From Candidatus Latescibacterota bacterium (GTDB taxonomy: Bacteria; Latescibacterota; UBA2968; UBA8231): a stretch of DNA of 64,000 nt. Both the position numbers and the translations under genes were made by a program. This document shows, piece by piece, positions 57,284-64,000 of this stretch. Positions within the stretch are counted from its first letter, which is position 1; every line of letters starts with the position of its first letter. The notes beneath the pieces are model-generated. The model saw only the letters and a list, made by a program, of their open reading frames with translations. It did no database searches and had not been told where the DNA came from. Location of the stretch: the NCBI GenBank assembly GCA_965215195.1, contig CBDCDC010000002.1:1280001-1344000 (forward strand). The letters run 5' to 3'.

Positions 57284-57309
57284 CATGGTGGATTATTTAG
57301 GCGTATGTT
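57280..57309 (+). promoter_or_regulatory. Putative sigma70 promoter
   Basis: TTGACA-18-TATGTT; implies the ORF-track ATG at 57305 is not the true start. Confidence 0.4.
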
Positions 57310-57397
57310 TCAACTAACAGAGAGCGACCTGAATCTGCGTGAAGAATACCCCAGGGGAAGTTCTCCACTTCTCTGCGATGTGGAACTTCGACAAACA

Positions 57398-60136
57398 TTG
57401 TATTCGGTATTCTGGCGGGTTGGTCGCTCTTCTTTTTTTCTTCTGCTCGCCCTCCTGCTCCTGCCAGCGGCCCTTTGTGCCCAACCCCTCGCCATGGCCC
57501 CAGATGCGCTCGACTTGGGCGTAGTCGGCGTCGGCGCGGAGGCACGGGCGTCCATTTCCCTCGAAAATCTGCAAGACGACGCGCTCGAAGTGATCGTCGG
57601 CATTAGCGGAGCCGGTTTTGGCACGGCAGCGGATACCCTGCGCTTGGAGGGCAAGGGCGTCAGCCGCGTCGAAGTGCGCTTCAAGGCCGCCGCGGCCGGG
57701 GAGTATGCGGGCGAACTGATCTTGCAGGTAGCCGCGTTGTTCAAAGACCAGCGCCTAATCGTGCCGCTCCAAGCGGTAGCCGTCGTTCCGACCTTGGTAC
57801 TGTTGCCGGCCGAAGGGCTGGATTTTGGCGCAGTGCCCGTCGGGCAAGTGGCGACAGCAGCCGTTATCGTCAAAAACACCGGCCCCGCGTCCGTGGCGGG
57901 CGGGCGGATGGCCGTTGCTGATCCACAGGGTCCCTTTAGGATTGAGGGCGACGCTGGCCCTTGGCCCGCCCCCGGCCGTGAAACGCGGATAGACGTTACT
58001 TTCGCGCCGATGCGCGGGGGGCTGGTTGCGACTGAGTTCGTGGTCACCGCGCCCGACTTTGGGGCTTGGTCCATTCCCCTGCGGGGGAGCGGTCTGGTGC
58101 CGCAAGCGGCCTTTTCGCCTCTCCCGCAAGTGGGCCTCAACTTTGGTGCTGTCGAGGTGGGCCAGCGCCTAACGCGCCGCGTGACCGTCCTCAATCAGGG
58201 CCAGGCCGAGCTGCACATTGAAAGCACCGCCGTCGAGGGTGCGGCCTTTGTCCTCGGGGCCGGGGACTCGTCGGCCACCATTGCGCCCGAGGGGCGGCTC
58301 AACCTGAGCGCGGCGTTTGTGCCGCAGAGCGAAGGCGACCAAAGCGGCGTCCTGCGCCTGCACACCAGCGATCCGCAAGCGGCTGTGGTCGCCATCCCCC
58401 TCGCGGGTCGCGGCCAAATCAGCCCGCCGCGCATCGAGGTTCTCAATAGCGACATTGATTTCGGCAGCGTGCCCATCGGTCAGACCGCGCCCGGCCATTT
58501 GCTATTGTGGAACAGGGGCGGCCGGCCGGGCGTGGTGGAGCTCGCCTTGGCCGCGGACGAGGGCGTTGAATTTGCCCTCGAACAGCACTCAGTCCTCGTC
58601 CAGCCTAGGGCCAGTGCCCAAGTAGCGCTGAGTTTCTCGCCCAAGGAAGCCGGTGCCCGCCGAGCCACTCTCCGCGTCAAGGCCGAAGCCGCGCACCAAA
58701 CCGTGCGCTTGCAAGGCGTAGGCCAGTTTTTCGCCCTCAGCCCGGCGACCGTTGACTTCGGTCGAGTCGCGGTCGGCGAAAGCAGCAGCCAAGTCGTCGA
58801 AATAGCCAATGTGGGCAACGCCGATTTTGAAATTCACCAACTTCGCTCGACGAGTGCCGAGTTCACCGCCCACGCCCCAATTGACGCCGACAACAAGTTC
58901 CTGTTGCCGGCCCACAGCCAGCGCACCTTGCCCCTGCACGTGGCCTTCAGCCCGTCAGTTCGCGGCGCGATTTCCGGGACCTTGCGCTTGGACGGCTTGG
59001 GCGCGAATGAGCTGACCACGCTCGACATCCTGCTCAAGGGCAACGGCGTGGCCGCCGAAATCGAGCTGAATCCGGCGGGCGTCGTCGATTTTGGCTACGT
59101 GATCTTAGGGGAGCAGGCGGAAAGGACCTTTGTGGCCACCAACGTCGGCGATACCGTGCTGCAAGTGGAGGCCCACCCCCAAAGCAAGGAGGCCCACGTT
59201 GCGCCGGCGCAATTCGCACTAGCCCCGGGCGAATCTGCGCGCCTCAAGCTCTTTTTTGTACCCGATGCCTTGGGCGAGCGCCGAGGGCGCGTTTTGTTGG
59301 TCAGCAACGACGTCAAGGACCGCGCCCGTCCGCTCGAATACAAGGGGCACGGAGTGCTGGCAGACATCGACTTGGCGCAGATTGTCGAGGTCTTGGTTGC
59401 GCACGGCGAGCAGACCCAGCCCTTGGCCGTCGGCTGGAACAATGCCCCGGTCGTGCAACAAGACGGCACCAAAGTGGATGTGGCCTTTGCGATTCCCGAC
59501 TCCCTGCGGCAGGCACTCATTGGTCGCGAGCTAGTCGTCGAGTGGACCCGGCTCGACGAAAACTACGACCCCAAGGGCAGCACCCATCAGAAGAAGGTCA
59601 AAATCTACGAGTCGAGCGCCGGGCGCGTCCTAGCCGAGGATCTCAACTTGCGGCTGTCGGAAGCAGACAATCGCCGAGTGCGGCTCAAAATCACGACCCA
59701 TAGCTACCCGGGTGCCCCGCCGCAGAGCGTGTCCCAGCTTTTGCAAGCCGGGGGCTGGAAGTGGGAATTTGAGGCCAAGCCGCTGGTTTCCTTTTTGACG
59801 ATCCGCCCCGGGCGCGATTATACCGATGCCGACGGCAACGCGGTCCGAGGCGAAACCGAGCGCCTGATTGGCCTGCCCGGATTGGCCTTTGCCGGCTGGC
59901 ACAACGTGGATAATCCGTCGATTTCCGGCGTCCATTTCACCGCCATCGGCAATGTCCTCGAAGCCCTTTCGACCGAAAACTCGCTGGCCATTTCTCTGGG
60001 CGTGGCCATTTCCTTTTACAAGGATCAGTTTCTCTTCGGCTTTGGCTGGGACATTTACGACAACCGACCCCGAGCCAAGAAGAAAGGCTCGCAGAACTAC
60101 ATTATGACCTTTAAGTACTCGGGGTTGTTCAAGTGA
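57398..60136 (+). CDS. Secreted protein with six ASH/choice-of-anchor-D Ig-like repeats and an unrecognised C-terminal domain
   Basis: Signal peptide; repeats L/V-D/N-FG.V.VG.....V...N.G; start uncertain. Confidence 0.75.
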   Translation: MYSVFWRVGRSSFFLLLALLLLPAALCAQPLAMAPDALDLGVVGVGAEARASISLENLQDDALEVIVGISGAGFGTAADTLRLEGKGVSRVEVRFKAAAAGEYAGELILQVAALFKDQRLIVPLQAVAVVPTLVLLPAEGLDFGAVPVGQVATAAVIVKNTGPASVAGGRMAVADPQGPFRIEGDAGPWPAPGRETRIDVTFAPMRGGLVATEFVVTAPDFGAWSIPLRGSGLVPQAAFSPLPQVGLNFGAVEVGQRLTRRVTVLNQGQAELHIESTAVEGAAFVLGAGDSSATIAPEGRLNLSAAFVPQSEGDQSGVLRLHTSDPQAAVVAIPLAGRGQISPPRIEVLNSDIDFGSVPIGQTAPGHLLLWNRGGRPGVVELALAADEGVEFALEQHSVLVQPRASAQVALSFSPKEAGARRATLRVKAEAAHQTVRLQGVGQFFALSPATVDFGRVAVGESSSQVVEIANVGNADFEIHQLRSTSAEFTAHAPIDADNKFLLPAHSQRTLPLHVAFSPSVRGAISGTLRLDGLGANELTTLDILLKGNGVAAEIELNPAGVVDFGYVILGEQAERTFVATNVGDTVLQVEAHPQSKEAHVAPAQFALAPGESARLKLFFVPDALGERRGRVLLVSNDVKDRARPLEYKGHGVLADIDLAQIVEVLVAHGEQTQPLAVGWNNAPVVQQDGTKVDVAFAIPDSLRQALIGRELVVEWTRLDENYDPKGSTHQKKVKIYESSAGRVLAEDLNLRLSEADNRRVRLKITTHSYPGAPPQSVSQLLQAGGWKWEFEAKPLVSFLTIRPGRDYTDADGNAVRGETERLIGLPGLAFAGWHNVDNPSISGVHFTAIGNVLEALSTENSLAISLGVAISFYKDQFLFGFGWDIYDNRPRAKKKGSQNYIMTFKYSGLFK

Positions 60137-61082
60137 GCAGGCGGCGGTACACCATGGCCGCTGCACACAAGTCCTGCGCTCCCATTCCCGTCAGATAGAC
60201 CGCGCTCGGCGCGGCCGCGCCAATCCGCCCGCAGGCGGCGGCGCCGATGTCCAGTACCGCGCCCGCGGCGTTCCGCGCCAAGGCGATCTGCTCGGCCCGG
60301 CCCTGCTCGGCCGCAAAGCGAAACTCCCCGGATTGCTGGGCTTGGGCGAGCACATCGACGACCACGGTGCGCTCGCAGAGCACTTCCGGCGCGAGCTGGC
60401 GCGTGCGACTATCCCCGGCCATGACCGCGAGGTAGGGGACCTCGGCCAGTGCGGCCGCACTTAAAATGGGCTGCGGCGTCGGCACCGCCGTCAGCACGGC
60501 GTCCGCGCCGGCCAGACACGCCTCTAGCGACGTCGCCATCCGCAGGTGCGCTCGCAGGTCTGGCCCAACCGCTTTGGCAAACGCCGCCCGGTTCGCCGCC
60601 CGGCGACTCGTGCAGGCAATCTCCGCCAAGTCAAAGAGCGCGTCGCAGGACAGGGCCAAGCTCCGCGCAATCCGGCCGGTTCCCAAAATAGCGACGCGCT
60701 CGATGGCTGCGCCCGCTAGGTAGTGGAGACCCAGCGCCCCGGCCGCGCCAGTGCGCCGGTCGGTGATGTGCCCGGCCTCTAGCCGCCACGCCCGGCCCTG
60801 TTGCAGATCTTCAAACGCAATATACGCCGCCCGCTTGGCCAACCGCCCGGTCGCCACGTCTGAAAACTCTTCGATGACCTTTCGCGCGCGAAATTTCCCC
60901 GGCCATTCGGCCGGCATGTCCAAGCGAAAGTAGTCGAGTGCCCCGCGCTTTTGAACGGATTCGGTGCGCGGCGGATTGTCGATGATCCCCGCGCCGTACT
61001 GCTCAAACGCCTCGTGACAGGCGGCGAGGAAATCAGCCGTGGAGAAGCGATGGGCAAAGGTTTCTTCGCGCAATAAATCCAC
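60129..61082 (-). CDS. Ornithine cyclodeaminase/mu-crystallin family
   Basis: ITDRRTGAAG, ILGTG, TGMGAQD. Confidence 0.8.
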   Translation of the reverse strand: MDLLREETFAHRFSTADFLAACHEAFEQYGAGIIDNPPRTESVQKRGALDYFRLDMPAEWPGKFRARKVIEEFSDVATGRLAKRAAYIAFEDLQQGRAWRLEAGHITDRRTGAAGALGLHYLAGAAIERVAILGTGRIARSLALSCDALFDLAEIACTSRRAANRAAFAKAVGPDLRAHLRMATSLEACLAGADAVLTAVPTPQPILSAAALAEVPYLAVMAGDSRTRQLAPEVLCERTVVVDVLAQAQQSGEFRFAAEQGRAEQIALARNAAGAVLDIGAAACGRIGAAAPSAVYLTGMGAQDLCAAAMVYRRLLT

Positions 61083-61145
61083 ATCTCATCCTTTGTTTGC
61101 TTGACGTAACTTGCCGTTTTCTATTCATTTAATAACGTTGGAGCG

Positions 61146-61610
61146 ATGGAACGAGAAAACCCCAACGTGCAGGAGCTAATTTTGTGGGGGCTGGCTGTCG
61201 TGGCCATAGCCCTTCTCCTGAAGGCGGCCTTCTGGCCGCATTCTGCTGCACCCGAGCCAACGCCCCAGCGGGAAGTCCCCAAGCCGGAAACCACTCCCCA
61301 GCTCAGCCCCATTCGGGTCGAAATCCTCAATGGCGGAGGCGAACCGCAGATCGCTGCCCGCCTGCGCAAAAAGGCACGCGCCCTCGGGCTAGACGTGATT
61401 CACGAAGGCAATGCGCCCAGCTTCAACTACCTACACACCCTCGTCGTCGATTTGGACGGCGATATCGAGCAAGCCAGACAAGTGGCAGATGTCTTGGGAA
61501 TACCCCATTTTATCCAGCAGAAGAAGGAAGACCAGTTTAGCTTGGCGAGCGTCTCGATTGTCATCGGGCGCGACTATCGCCGCATCGGCCTGCTCAACCC
61601 GGCCAAGTAA
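61146..61610 (+). CDS. LytR C-terminal domain membrane protein
   Basis: TM helix; VEILNGGG, GNA, IVIGRDY. Confidence 0.82.
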   Translation: MERENPNVQELILWGLAVVAIALLLKAAFWPHSAAPEPTPQREVPKPETTPQLSPIRVEILNGGGEPQIAARLRKKARALGLDVIHEGNAPSFNYLHTLVVDLDGDIEQARQVADVLGIPHFIQQKKEDQFSLASVSIVIGRDYRRIGLLNPAK

Positions 61611-61628
61611 CACCGCGAGAAAGCGTCC

Positions 61629-62024
61629 ATGAGACAAGAGCCGCACATTGCCCGCGTGGTAGAAACTTTACAAGATAAAAAGGCCCTCGCAATAACCTTG
61701 CTGGACCTGCGCGACGTCACCGATACCTGCGACTACTTCCTGCTCTGTACAGGCACCTCTGAACAGCACATTCGCAGCCTCGCCGACGAAGTGCGGGACC
61801 AACTCGCCGAGATGGGAGAAAAGCCTTGGCACATTGAGGGCGCGGATACGCAGCGCTGGGTGCTGATAGATTACGTCGATTTTGTCGTCCACATCTTTCG
61901 CGCGGAGGTGCGCGATTTCTACGCCCTAGAGAGGCTGTGGGGCGACGCTGTGCGCACGGACTTCGCCGATGGGGACGCGCCCGAGGAAGCCGCAGAAACG
62001 CCCTTTGAATTTTCGACCTTCTAA
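61629..62024 (+). CDS. rsfS: Ribosome silencing factor
   Basis: DKKA, DYF, WVLIDY.D.VVHIF, R.FYALERLW. Confidence 0.95.
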   Translation: MRQEPHIARVVETLQDKKALAITLLDLRDVTDTCDYFLLCTGTSEQHIRSLADEVRDQLAEMGEKPWHIEGADTQRWVLIDYVDFVVHIFRAEVRDFYALERLWGDAVRTDFADGDAPEEAAETPFEFSTF

Positions 62025-63064
62025 TGCCGATGCAAACGCTCAGATGGCAGGACAATGCCCTAGTCCTGCTCGACCAGACCCGCTTGCCCGAGGAGCTGGT
62101 GTACGCGGCCTATAGCCGCGTCGAGGCCATTGCCCGAGCTATTGAAGGACTGGTGGTGCGCGGCGCACCGGCCATTGGCTTGGCGGCTGCGTACGGGGTC
62201 GTGGTGGGGGCGTACGCAGCAGTTGATTGCGCCCCCGCGGCCTTTTGCCGCCGCGTGGAAGCGGCCAGCGCCCGCCTCGCCCGCACCCGGCCCACCGCGG
62301 TCAATCTGTTCTGGGCCTTGAAAAAGATGCAGGAGGTGTTAGCGGCGAATCAGGGCCGCGACAACTGCGCCATCTGCGATGCCCTACTAGCGGCCGCGCA
62401 CCGCCTCTTTGAGGAAGACCGCCAAATCTGCCGCCAGATCGGCACCCACGGCGCGGCACTCCTGCGCGATGGCAGCCAAGTCATCACCCACTGCAATGCC
62501 GGCGGCTTGGCCACGGCCGACTACGGCACGGCCTTGGGGGTCGTCTACGCGGCCCAAGAGGCGGGTAAGAAAGTGGCCGTGTTTGCCGACGAAACCCGCC
62601 CCTTGCTGCAAGGCTCGCGGCTGACGGCGTGGGAGCTGATGCAGAGCGGCATCGACGTCAAGGTCATCTGCGACAATGCAGCCGCGGTCGTGCTGCGGAA
62701 TGAGGCGATTGACTGCTGCATAGTGGGTGCTGACCGCATCGCCAAAAACGGCGACGTGGCCAACAAAATAGGCACCTACGGGCTGGCCATCCTCGCCCGC
62801 GAGCACGGCGTACCCTTCTACGTGGCCGCCCCGGTCTCGACCCTCGACATGGCCTTGGCCTCGGGCGCGGAAATCCCCATTGAAAAGCGCGACCCAGCCG
62901 AGGTGCGCCAAGGCATGGGCAAGCCCACGGCCCCGGACGCAGTGCCGGTTTACAACCCGGCCTTTGACGTCACGCCTTGCGACTTGGTGTCGGCGATCAT
63001 CTCGGAAAAGGGCGTCGCCCGCGCTCCGTACGAACCCGCCTTGTGCGCTTGGGTCGAGCCATGA
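62024..63064 (+). CDS. mtnA: S-methyl-5-thioribose-1-phosphate isomerase
   Basis: VRGAPAIG, RPTAVNL, THCNAG, ETRP.LQG.RLT, NPAFDVTP. Confidence 0.95.
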   Translation: MPMQTLRWQDNALVLLDQTRLPEELVYAAYSRVEAIARAIEGLVVRGAPAIGLAAAYGVVVGAYAAVDCAPAAFCRRVEAASARLARTRPTAVNLFWALKKMQEVLAANQGRDNCAICDALLAAAHRLFEEDRQICRQIGTHGAALLRDGSQVITHCNAGGLATADYGTALGVVYAAQEAGKKVAVFADETRPLLQGSRLTAWELMQSGIDVKVICDNAAAVVLRNEAIDCCIVGADRIAKNGDVANKIGTYGLAILAREHGVPFYVAAPVSTLDMALASGAEIPIEKRDPAEVRQGMGKPTAPDAVPVYNPAFDVTPCDLVSAIISEKGVARAPYEPALCAWVEP

Positions 63065-63825
63065 GAACCTACTTGATCCTCCTCTTGCTGGCCCTGCTCG
63101 GCACGGCCCACTGCGCGAGCGCGCCGCGCTGGCGCTCTGACTCGGACGACGCCGCGCCCGTCAGCCGCGAGGAGTTCGACCCGAGCACCCTCGGCGAAGA
63201 CCCTTTGCTCATTGAGCCGGTTCAACGCGAGGGCCGCGACCAAGCTCAAACCCCAGCGGAGCCGGCCGCCCCCGTGCAAGACCGCGCTGCGGTAGCGAGT
63301 GCTGCGGCCTATCGCCTCCAGCTACTGGCCCTGAGTAACGAAGCTAGGGCCCGCCAGCTCCGCGTCGAACTAGAACGCACACTCGGCGTGAGGGTCTATC
63401 TAGTGGCCCGCAACGAGCACTCGGTGCTGCAAGCTGGCCAATACGCGACCCGCGCCGAAGCCGCGGCCCTCAAAGAGCAGGTCGCCGCTCTCGGCCCGGA
63501 CTACGCCGACGCCTATGTCGTCAAGGTCCCGGCTAGCGCGGAGCCTACCGAGGCCGCGGCCGAACAGGTGAGCACCGTTGGCTGGCGGGTGCTAATCGCC
63601 CAGTTCTTGGACCACGACGAGGCCAGCCGCCTCGCGGAAGAGGCAAAAAAACGCCTGCAGCGCGAAGATATCAACGTGACCTTTAAGGCCCCCCCTTGGC
63701 ATAAGATCGAAGTCGGCAACTACCGCACCGAGGCGCAAGCCCAAGCCGCGGCCGAACAAATCGGGAAGTACTACCCCAACGCCCTCAAGATCCGCTCCCA
63801 GATCTTCATTTCGCAGGAGGACTGA
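63061..63825 (+). CDS. Exported protein with two SPOR domains
   Basis: Signal peptide; YRLQL..QAGQY and WRV.IA..IEVGNY. Confidence 0.75.
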   Translation: MRTYLILLLLALLGTAHCASAPRWRSDSDDAAPVSREEFDPSTLGEDPLLIEPVQREGRDQAQTPAEPAAPVQDRAAVASAAAYRLQLLALSNEARARQLRVELERTLGVRVYLVARNEHSVLQAGQYATRAEAAALKEQVAALGPDYADAYVVKVPASAEPTEAAAEQVSTVGWRVLIAQFLDHDEASRLAEEAKKRLQREDINVTFKAPPWHKIEVGNYRTEAQAQAAAEQIGKYYPNALKIRSQIFISQED

Positions 63826-63831
63826 CGCGCC

Positions 63832-64000
63832 ATGCGCTTGTATTGCTGTATCATCGCCTTGCTGCTCATGGCCTGTGCCCATGGCAAAAGCACCGGACCT
63901 TTGGTCTTCGACGAGGCGGGCCCGGGCCCGTCTGCGGACCTGTCTGCGGACCCGCCGCCAGATACGGCCGACCTACGCGCCGTTCGTTGGCACTTGCTCC
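63832..64000 (+). CDS. Probable lipoprotein, truncated by window end
   Basis: GGAGG, ATG, hydrophobic stretch, lipobox LMAC. Confidence 0.5.
   Translation, partial: MRLYCCIIALLLMACAHGKSTGPLVFDEAGPGPSADLSADPPPDTADLRAVRWHLL

Overview
GC-rich bacterial chromosomal window. The gene content (sulfatases, PhyH dioxygenases, NHL/LRR/Ig-repeat proteins, FlgD-Ig-tagged secreted proteins, many TA and RM fragments) suggests an FCB-group organism, possibly a sponge-associated Latescibacterota-like symbiont; this is inference only. The backbone is about 45 housekeeping and catabolic genes (two-component pair, msrA, kduD-like, rsmA, trxB, rsfS, mtnA and others). No rRNA, tRNA, CRISPR array, integrase or transposase was recognised. 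Main observations: (1) a probable hidden selenoprotein, a secreted UxxC redoxin with a FlgD-Ig tail, split by an in-frame TGA at 5035-5037 with a SECIS-like hairpin, next to a TlpA redoxin and a Cys-tailed DUF6029-like outer-membrane protein; (2) small defence or TA cassettes scattered singly between core genes, where the toxic partner is repeatedly deleted and the protective partner kept; (3) two cargo loci bounded by duplications that include the end of the neighbouring core gene, one being tandem MNT-HEPN copies that differ mainly in one ~70-nt block; (4) two MITE families (one with 9-bp target duplications, nested in the other), GTAG-type REPs and heptamer repeats. All family assignments come from motif recognition by eye, not database searches.
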